A stretch of DNA of 64,000 nt. Origin: Thalia democratica (taxonomy: Eukaryota). The DNA is taken from assembly GCA_965202585.1 (NCBI GenBank), contig OZ241831.1, positions 10,168,001 to 10,232,000 of the forward strand, in the 5' to 3' direction. Below are positions 51,475 to 62,961 of the stretch, piece by piece. The notes beneath the pieces are model-generated. The model had not been told where the DNA came from and ran no database searches. It was given only the letters and a program-made list of their open reading frames with translations. How positions within the stretch are numbered: position 1 is the stretch's first letter; each line of letters opens with the position of its first letter. The position numbers were made by a program, and so were the translations under genes.

Positions 51475-51587
51475 ATGAGATAAAAATAATCAGAACTGCG
51501 CTGGCGAAAACCAATTTGGAAAAATTCATTGAAGAGAATAAGGAAAATTTACTTAGTGTTACCAAAAGTTTTAAGATGGTTATTGAG
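51475..51587 (+). CDS. Kinase gene exon: subdomains V-VIa
   Basis: TTTGCAG acceptor, EIKIIRTALAKTNLEKFIEENKENLLSVTKSFKMVIE; phase 1 in, phase 0 out. Confidence 0.72.
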
Positions 51588-51734
51588 GTGTTTGTAGTTT
51601 TAATTAAAATAAATTAAACACATGACAATCATTAAGGTTTTAAATATAAAAATTAGCACAATAGTTTATAATAAACACATATTAACTAAATTAATCATAT
51701 ACGCCATAATGACAAATTAACACAGTATTCTTTC

Positions 51735-52220
51735 TTAACTAAATTAACACATTTTTATTTGTATTAACAAGTTTACAAACTCCAACGGAGCTCTGTAAAA
51801 AACTAGTTACTGTAATGAAAGTATAGAAGCTAAAGTAGGTGTATATATGTGTTTTTTTTCTAATAAGAATAATTACAATATATTATTATAAATTTATGCT
51901 TAGAAATAGATACAGTATGTAATGTTTAATCGGACTGTTATGAAACCATACAATATTTATTATGATTGAATCTAATTCACAATAAAGTAAATACAAAATA
52001 AGATAACAAATCAAAATACAAACCACTCACAGGGAAGTTGTAGAGGTCCCAATTCATAAGACTAAATGGTTGTTAAGTATTAAAAAAGTTTAACTAATAA
52101 TTACGTCACGATATTATTTTGTAAAACATTTACATTTTAAATTGACTTTACCTTGCACTATAAGATTGATCATCAATTCTTTATGTTTAGAAATAGATTG
52201 CCGGGCGCTGAAATTAAACA
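51735..52220 (-). repeat. LINE 3'-end fragment in a kinase intron
   Basis: Collinear with 42950-43440. Confidence 0.7.
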
Positions 52221-52799
52221 TATTTTCTTACAACTATTTGAATGCTTAATAAGTTAAAAAGGTATGTTATTAAATCTAGCTATTATAAATAAAAATAAGT
52301 AAAACGAAAAACATTAATTTCTGAATTTATAAATTAATTAGTAATTTTAAATTGAAATGCTACGAAATGCTGTTTACTTATCATTTAATTATAGTTTCAG
52401 GAAAATTAAATTTATATAAAACTTTGAGAAATATATATCTTTATTATTAATATCAACATAAAGTATTTTTCTTATTATAAGTAGTGATACTTTAATACAT
52501 TTTTATAGTACTTTGTTTTTAGTTAGTAGTAATTTATAAGTGCTATCAATAACCTTTTGTTTACAAATACTTTTACTTGTTTTCTATAAAGGACAATTTA
52601 CAATGTTTTTCTCATTTGTTTTAAAAAATGTACTCTTTTAAAAATTTTTGTAAACGACTATTTAATTTTGCCATTAGTTTGAACCATCATAATAGCAAAG
52701 TTTTTATAAAAACATATAAATTTTAATTTCTTAAAGCAAATTCTGTAGTAAGGAGTGCAACAATAAAAGTTGCTCGAGGTTTCATAATTCTCATTGTAG

Positions 52800-52929
52800 A
52801 TTTTGGAGGGAGTCCGGTACCTGCACGAGGATTGCCTGATGGTCCACTGCGACATTAAACCGTCCAACATTTTGTTGACAGCGGACCATCAGGTCAAACT
52901 GACCGATTTTGGCCTCTGTAGGAGCTCAA
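52800..52929 (+). CDS. Kinase gene exon: catalytic loop and DFG
   Basis: [49 protein letters not shown] donor. Confidence 0.93.
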
Positions 52930-53183
52930 GTAAGACCTTGCTTGCAATTGTACATGTAATCTCTATGATTTTTTACGGCATTCGGTTTGAAAATTGCTAA
53001 TTGAGAGTCAGTATATACTATTTAGATTTTACAATAACTAAATTCGAAAATTAAAAAGTTTTTTTTTTTTTAATATCATTAATGACTCGTTTTTTTAGAA
53101 TTTGTATTAGTCTAGCAAAACTAGCCTCTATATTTTTTACTAAAATAAAATATACACTAAACTATAACAAAAATATAAAGCAG

Positions 53184-53269
53184 TGGAAATGTCTGAAACA
53201 AGAAGAGGATTCGTCAGTGCCGAGTCGAGCACTGGTCTCGGCACTCTCACCTACATGGCACCGGAGCAA
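53184..53269 (+). CDS. Kinase gene exon: activation segment
   Basis: MEMSETRRGFVSAESSTGLGTLTYMAPEQ, GTAGTT donor. Confidence 0.9.
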
Positions 53270-53637
53270 GTAGTTAATTTTATACATATTCGGTGTTACA
53301 TTTTAAGTCTATATTGAAAATTACTACTTTATAGGAGAAATCACCTTTCTTTTAAAACTTGTTATCAATTTTGTTGAAATTACACTTTTTTGAATTTGGT
53401 TGTAGTTCAACTTATTTACATTAAAGTCCTTTTAATTATATGTAAAATTTGAATTTAGAAAGTCAATTAAGCCTAAATAAACAAAGTCTTTTTTATTATT
53501 AAAAAAGTGTTTAAGTTATGGGATTTTTTGACACAAACTAACTTTTGCACCGTTTAACAAAAATTCCACGCGTAATACGTCAGTGCCGCATCAAGAACAT
53601 TACATAGTTTTGTATAACCTACATAAATTTCTCACAG

Positions 53638-53796
53638 TTTTATGGTGGCAAGATAAAGCAGGCTGTGGATATATTCTCGTGTTCACTGGTGGCCGTGATC
53701 ATTTTCACATGGCCCAGGGACATCGAGGACACAGCCTGCCGGGCTCGAGAGTGCATGTTTCCGGACTGGCTGAACAAAGCGGACGCGAGACAAATG
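53638..53796 (+). CDS. Kinase gene exon: subdomains IX-X
   Basis: FYGGKIKQAVDIFSCSLVAVIIFTW...DARQM, GTCAGT donor. Confidence 0.88.
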
Positions 53797-53851
53797 GTCA
53801 GTTTTGCATGGTTTTCTAATTAGCTTGTTTATTAAAACATCTACATTCCAG

Positions 53852-53953
53852 AGAAGTCTCGTAAGGACTGGACTGAGCCAGGAGCCACGTGAGAGACCGC
53901 TGGCCAGAGACTTTAAAAACCAGTTCAAGCTACTGGCAGACGAGTTTCAATGA
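53852..53953 (+). CDS. Kinase gene terminal exon (subdomain XI)
   Basis: Follows a 55-nt intron. RSLVRTGLSQEPRERPLARDFKNQFKLLADEFQ*; the stop TGA overlaps AATAAA. Confidence 0.85.
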   Translation, partial: RSLVRTGLSQEPRERPLARDFKNQFKLLADEFQ

Positions 53954-56900
53954 ATAAAGGGTTAGTACTTGTCATTTTGAATTATATTATTTTTAGATTT
54001 ATAACAAATTGTTCTTTGGCTAAAAAATATTTTTATTCTTAAAAGTTATAGAATTTGTCCAGTTAAAGTTTTTATTTATTATACAATTTTTAATATTATT
54101 TAATTTGTGCCCAAAAATGAATAACTGTATATTTTTTTAACATCTTAAAAACATAATACTTTGAACAGTCCTTATTTAATAGTTGAAATACTCATATTCA
54201 AAATAAATAATTCTAAGACGCAAGAAATGAAGCTGTTGTTAGTTATTAAAATTTGCATTTTTTATAAAACAATAAGTTGAATTTTAGAATTTTAATTAAA
54301 ACAGTCTACCAAAGTTTCATTTTAACAGGCAGTTTTTAAAAGTTCCAGCTGACAAGGATAGTGTGAATTTTTTTTTTCGTTTAATTGTTACTCGAGTTTT
54401 AAGTATATAGTTTTTTTTATCGTGAAATTTTCTTTACAGCTCTTGCTAAAATGTTAGTGACTAAAAATTTCTTAGTTAGCTTAAAACTTTGCTGTGTTCT
54501 ATTGTATTTCTAAAAAGTAGGTAATAAGTAAGTTATTTTGAGCTTGTAAAAATAAAAAAACTGTATTGATGTTTACTTAATTTATGTTAGAATAGTTGAT
54601 TGTTTGTTTTTAACTTGTAAAATACCTTAGTTTTGTTCTTTTATATTTTTTCTTATAGTAAATTTTTTTTGACTAGTATATATAAATTGAGCTGAATGTT
54701 AAATTGTTTGTAAAAAATGTTTGGTCTTAAGTTTAACTTTACTTTTTTATTTTATACAACTTATATAAACACTATAAAAATTCATAACTGAACAAAATAG
54801 ATTCTGGTAACTAAAAACTTTTAAAATTCTAAAATTATAACAGTTAGCTTTATAACTTCGAAAAATGTTAATTCATTAAAGTTCTTTAAAATTCAAGTTT
54901 GCTTTTGTTACTTATGTAGATAACTTTTCGTTAAAACTTTTTTTTTTATTGCTTAATATTTCTTGTATGAAATATAGATGCTTGAGTAATTTTTAAGTAT
55001 GAAAATACAGTTGTTAAATGAGCATTTATATCTGTATTTCTCAAAACTTTCGTTTTTGGTTTATATAATAAATACACGCGTACAAAAATAGTTTATTGTA
55101 AATTCCATTTAAAATAATTTATTGATAATTATAATTAAAAGTGTTTATTTTAAGAAAAGTGATAGTCTTTGTATTATTTTAAAACCGGTATGATTTATTA
55201 AGCTAACAATAGTACTTTTTCTTCTTGCAATCTAACAAGATTTGAATACGTAGAAAATTCATAAATTTAGACAACTCCTAATAATTAGTAAAAATTAAAA
55301 CAAAATGCTTGCATAGACTTTTGTTATTCGTCAACTTTGATGCTTACTTGAGACAATGCCAAATTTCAAATTATAAAGTTGTAGATTTGTTTTAGATCTT
55401 TAATTACAAATAATTGAATCTAAATTGGTTGCAATTAAAGTTATTTATCTAGACTATTTTATGTACAGCTTTTTGTAAACCTTTGGTTTTATTTATAAAG
55501 ATTTGTAAGCTGCAGTTAAAATATGAATAGTATGTTTATAATTTCGTAAATGTAAGCTGTATCGTTTTTAACTGCAGAACAAGAAACCATAAAAAACACA
55601 ACTTGAATTTTAAAGTCTGAATTGTATAAGCATTAAAAAAGTGTTTAATGATTTTAGTCATTGTTTTGCAGTATATTTCCACTCAAAACGTGTAGAGTGT
55701 TTGTTATAAACTCTTTTAGGATGTTACAAGTGCTATCTAAAACTTTTGTAATATTTCGATGTGTAAAGACTAATACTTTTTATTAAATAGAGTCACTCTG
55801 AAGTATTGAAGTATTTTTAAAAGTTTTAAATGCATGTTTTAGTATCTAAGTGTGTAAGATTACTGATGTATACTTAGATTGTAGATTTAAAGTATTATAT
55901 AACTTCTTACAAAATTTGTTTATACAAAAATATTTATAATTAGGTTTAAAATTCTTTTTTTTTTAACATTGTAAAACATGATAGTTTTTAGTCACCTTTT
56001 AATAAGTTTTAGTATCATGCAATAACAAAACAAAAACGCAACAAATTTCATGAAACACACCCAAAGCTTACGATGTTAATACAACTACTTTTCGACGGGT
56101 TTTATTTCTAAAAAACTATCATAAATATTTCAATTATTTTGATAACAGTGTTTGATCCAGTATCCTTTGAAGTATAATCTTTTTTACATTAAGTTTCTTA
56201 TAAAAATCCTAGTACTACTAACTTACTTCATATGCAATCTTAACTTTGTTTTTATCACTTTTTAGTTATTTTTGAACTGTTATGCAAGCAGTAGTAAATC
56301 AGATATTATCAAGAAGAGCGACTCCTATTAACTCAATTCCGTTCTTTTGCACTTATTAATGAGTCTATCATTTCTAAAAGAACTTTTTGTATTTGATTTT
56401 TTTTTACCATTAACGAAAAACGACAAAACATTAAACTATACCCGTTGAGTATATCATACACCAAGTCCTGATATTAAACTTTTTAGCGCTGTTTTTTTCC
56501 TTCAGTAAACAAAAAAAAAGACCAAAGTCTATGAGTATTATTTCCTTTACTACCCGCGTTGTAAAGAATTTTTTTATGTTCAATAGTTATGAACCCACTT
56601 GTTTTATTTATATAATCAGTTTTAATAGGAAGATGTTTCTACATCATTATTGAATAAGAAGTTTTGTTGATGATTATTTTTAAAATCGATACATTACGAT
56701 TTGGTTACACTTTTTAGTTATGCATTTTATAATTCTTAAAAAATATTTTTTCGGATCTGAAAAATCCTTTGTATAGTAAATTTATAGTATGTAAAAAGCT
56801 AACAATATCTTTAATTTTTATGTTTAAAATCTAAATAGCTTAGTAAAGACTAAAGATGTATTATTTAACTAGTATAAACTTTAAATTTTACAGTCAAGCA

Positions 56901-57057
56901 ATGCGTGTATTCTAAGATTAAAGTTTCCTAAACTTGCAATTTACATATTTATAAATAGTTTTAAACGTTTTTTTTTTGTTGCACAAAATTATGTCTAGTT
57001 TTTTAGCTTTAATAAAAAAATAATTTAAAGTAAAGTTATACAAAAGTGATTATTTCT

Positions 57058-58700
57058 TAAAACTTTTACAAGATTTTGATTTGAAATTTAATTGTTTGAT
57101 TTTTAAAAATAAATATTGAACTTAAATATTTAGTATAATGTAATTTACAATTTCATGTATAGTTACAAAAATCAAACAAAACTTTTCGATTATTGAATCC
57201 CTCTGCAGTCTTATAAAAGGCTGCTTACTTCGAATTGATGTTATGGATATTTTGTTATATCATTCTCTAAAATAGCACTAAACTGCAAAAATTTTATAAA
57301 TATGTAGCTTGCTTTACTTCTTGTTTAGAGTTCAACAATTAAAAAAAGTATATTTATTTCTATAAACTGAACTAATTTTGGTGTAAAGTCAGAAAACTTT
57401 AAATTAAGACTATAATATTTTTTACGTAAGTTAACCATAAAGTAATAGTAGATTTTAAAAACTTGTTTTTATTTAATTTTTATGTTCTTCTACCAAATAA
57501 CAAACTTTAAAATTTCCCAAAAACTTTTTTTAAGTTTTGTAAAACCAATTTAAATAATATATTTTTTTAAATTACACTTTAAAAACTTTGAGTAAGATAA
57601 CTTTTAAAAATTTAAGTAACAAAAATAAACTAAATTAAAACTTTTAAATGTTCTAAAAAACTACAAGTTGGCCAAAAGTTAAATTTTTGTATTACTGCAA
57701 CTAATTGTAGCTGCAATACATGATTTTTTCTTATTATATTTCATAGTGCATGTTTCAAATATCAATATTAACTAGTACTTTTATAAGCAGTCGTATCTGC
57801 TATTTTATTTGCTATTTAATAAGTTTTGTGCTAATCTTAATGGTAATTTGATACTCAAGTTGTTTAATGGTTTCAATTACTAAGCTCAGGAAGTTTTAAA
57901 TTGAATAGGTATTGGTTTTTGTAAAGAAAAGTTTTAAACAACTTATTTTTATTTCTTATCAGCGCTAGCAAAACAAATGCTAACAATAATATGTTCAACT
58001 ATAATCTTTTTGTATACTTAATTGGCACGACATCTTAACAGCTTTAAAATATTTATTAGTAAAATAAGTGTATGAATTATACTTTAAATGCTGCAGTGTA
58101 AATTACTAGCTACAACTAGTTAATATGATTACTTAATTACTGGTTTTATACACCACTATTTTGTACCCGTTAGTTGTAATCGTTCAGTTTTATTAGATGT
58201 TCATAAAATAAAATCAACACACAATTAGTTAAAGTTATCCCAGGAATCATGAGGAAAGAATGATGATTGGTCCGAAGACATCTGCAAATATATAAGTTGT
58301 TACCTCAATAACAAGATCATCATTAATGATACGAAGGTGCTTAATTATAAGATAAATTGAGTTATCATAAGCACAAAAGACGTAGAAAAAAGTGAAGTGA
58401 AGATTTTTTAAACAGCTGAAAGGCTGGTGATGTAGAGCTAGAGATCGTTTTTCTATAAAAAAACAATTAAAGCGATTTTTAATAATAACCACGACAGAAT
58501 GTACGCGAAATCGTTAGAAACTGCTACTGAATTGGTAAAAAGAGTGTTCCGCCTTACAAAAAGCTGTTTTCCCATATAGTGTGGATTGCAGTCTCAAACC
58601 TTAAAAGGCACCTCAGATTTTTGTGGATCAGGGACTTCAGAACAACAAAGCTCTTTACATTAACAGCAATTATGTTTCAGTATATGAAGAGTCAAAAAAA
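57058..58700. repeat. Copy 2 (inverted) of the long dispersed repeat at 22665-24070
   Basis: Reverse-complement collinear match; carries about 300 extra bp (about 58185-58490) that are absent from copy 1. Confidence 0.85.
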
Positions 58701-59847
58701 ACAAAAATTAAAATCTTAAACAATACAATATGATTTACATGAAGAATTAAAAAAAATATGCATAAATAACTATAAATAAAAATTAATTTTTGTTTTGTTC
58801 AAAAGCAAATAACTATTTTACGGTATAATTTAATACAAGTATTGAATTTGCATTAATTAAACAACTTGAAAGTTTAACGAGTTGAAATAACTTAGTGAAA
58901 AAAAGTCGGTATTTAGAAACTTTAAAATAGTTATTGTGGTTAAGTTAGTTAGTCTGTACTCTGTACTATTAACTTTAATTTATTCCATTACAGTATTTTT
59001 AAACATGCAGTGCACTTATACCAAATCAAAAGTATATACTGACTCAAAAGCTAACTTCAGTAACCTGTCGCTTAGGTACGCATTTCTTAGATACGCACTG
59101 CTGGTTGGTTACGCACTTTTTAGTCGAAAAACGCTGTTTTCTAAATTCATTTTTTCTTTTTAGTCGAGATGGTATTATAGGATAATTTTATATGTTGTAA
59201 AAAAATAATTTCTTCAATTAGTGATAATGAAAAGGTATAAATTTATATACTACATAGCTAAACTAATATATAAAGAACAAAAATTAAGTCTTAAAAAAAA
59301 CTAATGATATTTTTGTATTACATTACAATTAAGAAAATGAACTCAGAGTTTAAAAAAAATTCAATCTTATCTGAGTTTTTCATAAGTTTTGTGTTGCCTG
59401 AAATTTTTCGATTAGCCTAAGTAAAATGGGGTTGTGGCAAACATGATATACACATATAAAAAAATCAAGTGAAAAGTAAACTTTTAAAATTAATAAAAAC
59501 GTTTAACAATCTTTCTGCTACAATCAGTTATAAGTACCTCTCCAATCATAAAAGCAACACACCATTTTAACCTTTTCTTCTGTGTTTTGTACCAAGGCAA
59601 CCAATTAAATGTAAGAAGTTGTCAAACAATACTTAAGCTGAATAAAAGTATATAACCTTAAATTACAATTTGATGTATAAAAACAAATTAATAAAAGATT
59701 AATCAATGTTTTTATAAACCTTTATTTAAAATTAGTTATGTACTATGTATAATTAAGATACATAAAAATAAAATAATCGAATATGATTATAAATACATAC
59801 ATAGATAAATACTTAGGATTTCTAATATTATTTAAATATATAGTTTA

Positions 59848-59930
59848 GGAAGGACAAAAAAGCGCTAGAAGTTTTTGGTCCAAAGACCTAGTGTACAAAG
59901 GAACTTTTAAGTTATCGAGTCGTACACCTT
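59848..59930 (-). repeat. Copy of the ~100-bp dispersed stem-loop repeat
   Basis: GTGTACAAAGGAACTTTTAAGTTATCGAGTCGTACAC. Confidence 0.75.
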
Positions 59931-60149
59931 TTAGATGCAAATTAACGTCATTGGACAGAAGAAGAATATGTATTTTTAATATTGTTTTCGTGGCTTTTAA
60001 TGTGATAGTCATCTGTATGCTTTAGTGGCTTTTAACATATTTGTATAATAATATTGTAACTTGTTTTAAATCAAACAACTCAAAGTTCTTGACTTAAATA
60101 TCTTTAAGGAGATTTTTATCTATTATTTATTTTAACTGTTTAATACTTT

Positions 60150-60198
60150 CAAAACAATGTTTCACTCCTATATTTGCATATAGGAGATCCTCAGTTGT
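60150..60198 (-). ncRNA. Variant type I hammerhead (U.U at the base of stem II)
   Basis: CAA-CUGAGGA-U-CUCCUAUAU(GCAA)AUAUAGGAG-U-GAAA-C(AUU)G-UU-UUG. Confidence 0.6.
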
Positions 60199-60577
60199 TG
60201 TAAACAAATCTGAAAAAAAATTTGAACAAAATAAATGGAAGTAAAACTTAATTAAAAACAAAACTAGTGGTTTAACAATAAAAATAAAACTTAAAGATAC
60301 TAAACTTGAGTAAAAAATGTTGTGTTTATTATTCTATTTCTACTTTTTTGGCAACTAATTTCAATGTGAATCATGTTTTATTACTATTTTAACGTATATA
60401 ATTTTTTTTCTAGTCTGTATTACCAACAAAATTCTTAAAAGCGTAACATAAGCATTACATTTTTACTCAAGTTTAGTATCATTAAATATTGTTTTTGTTG
60501 TTAAACCATTAGTTTAGTTTTTAATTTAGATTTACTTCCATTTATTTTGTTCAAAATTTTTTTTCAGACCTGTTTAC

Positions 60578-60627
60578 ACGACTGACGATCTCCTATATGC
60601 AAATATAGGAGTGAAACATTGTTTTGT
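60578..60627 (+). ncRNA. Variant type I hammerhead (U.U at the base of stem II)
   Basis: ACGA-CUGACGA-U-CUCCUAUAU(GCAA)AUAUAGGAG-U-GAAA-C(AUU)G-UU-UUGU. Differs from the other arm's core only at the free N7 position. Confidence 0.65.
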
Positions 60628-60829
60628 TAGTAATAAACTGTTGAAATAAATAATATATATTTGTATTATGCTTAAGTAGATTAATAAAGACCAAAATTTC
60701 TTACATGCGCACGTTTGCGCCCTGTTCAAAGTGCCTACCTAAGCACAGGTTACTGTAGTTAAAGTCATATGAAATTAACATAATGTTTTTTAGAAAATTA
60801 GTTAGTTTATAAAAAAAAATTATAGATAG

Positions 60830-60905
60830 CTTAAAGGCTCTTTTGTACACCAGGTCCTTTGACTAAACTTGTTGAGTGATTTCGTTTTTTCGTTCAATAA
60901 ACACT
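60830..60905 (+). repeat. Reverse-oriented copy of the ~100-bp dispersed repeat
   Basis: TTTTGTACACCAGGTCCTT...TTCGTTCAATAAACAC. Further worn copies lie at about 47820-47910 and 56455-56512. Confidence 0.7.
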
Positions 60906-61473
60906 ACTTATATGTTAGATCCTGTAGTAAAAAGGTTATGCATTTTTGGGTTAAAAACGATACTAGTTAACTTTTGCTTAATTTTTTCTGTAAAATTGTT
61001 ATACAAGATTTAACACATTTTTGTAAATTAGCTGGTTTGTAACACATAGATGTAGGTTACTTAAATATTAAACAGTATGCTTATAATATAAAAACCACAC
61101 TAGTTAACCATAATAAATAATAATATTAACCTAACTAATACTAGTATTAAATAAAACTTAGGGCTTTAAAATAAAATTTACAATAAGCTATCTTAATGAC
61201 AAAAAAAAGTTAGTATATTTTTAGCTATTATTCAATATAAAACGAAGATTCTGAAAAACAAAGTTATCAACATCATGTATACTATTATTAAAGCTTTTCA
61301 TAGTTTAAAAAGTTCAAGCATATATACAATCTTTTATTTCACACACAAGAAAGTTAAAATAGTTTATTAAAGCTTTCAAGAAAAGTTCGCTTCATAACTA
61401 ACAAGAAACACTTTGAATAATAAACAGGATTTTAAAGAGCTGAAAGTTTTTTAAAGTTATAAAGCAAACAGTT

Positions 61474-61558
61474 TTAATATTTAATTTTTACGAATTTGTA
61501 GTCGCCAGACTCTCTTTTTTGTTCAGCTTTGAATAATTTTTCAGTGCTTGTTGGAGTT
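61474..61558 (-). CDS. EF-hand gene, probable last (or penultimate) exon
   Basis: TTTTATAG acceptor, TPTSTEKLFKAEQKRESGDYKF, then either VKIKY* or a GTAAAA donor at 61491. Confidence 0.55.
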
Positions 61559-61764
61559 CTATAAAAAAATAAACAGGTAAAATTACTTTTGCGACCAACA
61601 ATATATCTAAGAACCATTTTTACTTTCAACCTTGTTTTAACACTTGTAATTATAAGATTAAGTATGTTCGTATAAGTAATTACAATTAAGTACCACTATA
61701 AAATTATCTTTCCGAGTTTATAATTAAAAAACAAAAACATTTAATTTGAAAAATTGAAACAAAC

Positions 61765-61891
61765 TTTTTTAACTCGTTTTTATCTTCATATTTTTGTTCT
61801 GTTAGAACTGCAATGGAACTTGTTATAAGAATCGGTCCTGCAATTGCTTTTTCTATTGTATCTACAGTCTCAATATTAACATTGTCACTAC
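61765..61891 (-). CDS. EF-hand gene, tail exon
   Basis: SDNVNIETVDTIEKAIAGPILITSSIAVLTEQKYEDKNELK; phase 1 in and phase 2 out fit both neighbours. Confidence 0.6.
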
Positions 61892-62020
61892 CTTTTAATA
61901 TATTTTATTCGGCATACAAAACGACACTAAATCTTTTCGTAAAATTTCGTTAGAAAAACTACATTAATAAACAAGTTCTTGTATTTTTAGCATTTTTAAT
62001 AAACTTTTCTTAACACTAAC

Positions 62021-62268
62021 TTTTATCTGACGAAAAAAGTGAATTTTTTTGAGTTAAAATCGAGTTAACTGAAGTCAATTGAGAATTTTCTTGCTTCGAG
62101 TCGCTGCTGCAGCCCGCGCAATTATCGAGTGATTTTACCACCTCACTGTTAGCTTTTTCCCCTTCTGTGATGTCACAGTTTGGGTATGACGTCACATCAT
62201 TACTGTCAAGTGCGAACATTTTATCGATCAATGTCTGGTACTCAATTGTTTCCCCTTGATTATGCAGC
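62021..62268 (-). CDS. EF-hand gene exon: degenerate last EF-hand and Ser/Asp-rich tail
   Basis: CTTCTAG acceptor, LHNQGETIEYQTLIDKMFALD...SSDK, GTTAGT donor just before the ORF stop. Confidence 0.72.
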
Positions 62269-62480
62269 CTAGAAGCATTAAATTAATATGTGTCTTATAG
62301 TTTGCTTTGTTGGAAGTTTTTTAAATAGAACTAGTTTTGTAGTTACTTTTTTATCTCAAATATAGGGGTATTTTAAGCTATTATTACATTAGATTTTATT
62401 TAAAAAAAAAAGTATTTCTTTTATAGTAAATTTTTTTTTATAAAAGATGTTCACATATCACGATCAACATTTTTAATCAC

Positions 62481-62597
62481 CCTTTTATGTCTTTAGTTGA
62501 AATCCACACTTCTTCTTCATCTTTTTCAAGGATTCTTGTGAGCAAATCAACAGAAACGTGACCTGTCTTTCCCCTATCTAGCAACCGAAATGAATCT
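62481..62597 (-). CDS. EF-hand gene exon
   Basis: TTTTTCAG acceptor, DSFRLLDRGKTGHVSVDLLTRILEKDEEEVW; phases fit. Confidence 0.8.
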
Positions 62598-62961
62598 CTG
62601 AAAAAGTAAATTACAAAAGGTGTAATTAATATCTTTTTAATTATGAAGCACCAAAAATTGTTTATTCGTGCTTTTGCCCGGTTGAATAGTAAAGTTTGTA
62701 AGATCTTCTAATATCATAAGTAGTACCAAAAATTTTTATTTATTTTACAATTAACACTTAAACATAAAACAAATTAAAAAAGTTTATTATTTACTAACTT
62801 TATAAGTATAAAAAGTACGTTAACATTCAATATTGAAAAAATTGAAAAATTCCTCTTTTGCATAAACAAACTAAAAAAGATAACAAAAATTTTATTACTT
62901 TTATGTCTGATTAAACGGTAATTAACAAAAAAATTAAAAGAAAAATATGTCGTCTACTGAC

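Larger units (their letters stand above)
60121..60655. repeat. ~200-bp inverted repeat (arms 60121-60319 and 60458-60655)
   Basis: The arms are reverse complements with scattered mismatches, separated by a 138-nt spacer; each carries a hammerhead-like motif. Confidence 0.9.
59058..60755. mobile_element. Tc1/pogo-type non-autonomous element with nested inserts
   Basis: Imperfect TIRs CAGTAACCTGT(C)GCTTAGGTA..GCA and TGCCTACCTAAGCACAGGTTACTG. TA on the right flank, TT on the left. Confidence 0.7.

Noticed and set aside
53583-53928. ORFs 53583-53819 (+) and 53683-53928 (-)
   Set aside because: Alternative frames of the kinase exons; the spliced frame carries the kinase motifs.
58247-58492. 81-aa minus-strand ORF in the segment unique to repeat copy 2
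   Set aside because: No recognisable motif, and it lies within a repeat; cannot be supported as a gene.
60833-60850. AAAGGCTCTTTT resembling a histone 3' stem-loop
   Set aside because: The second arm (CAGAGCC) is absent; the sequence is part of the dispersed ~100-bp repeat.
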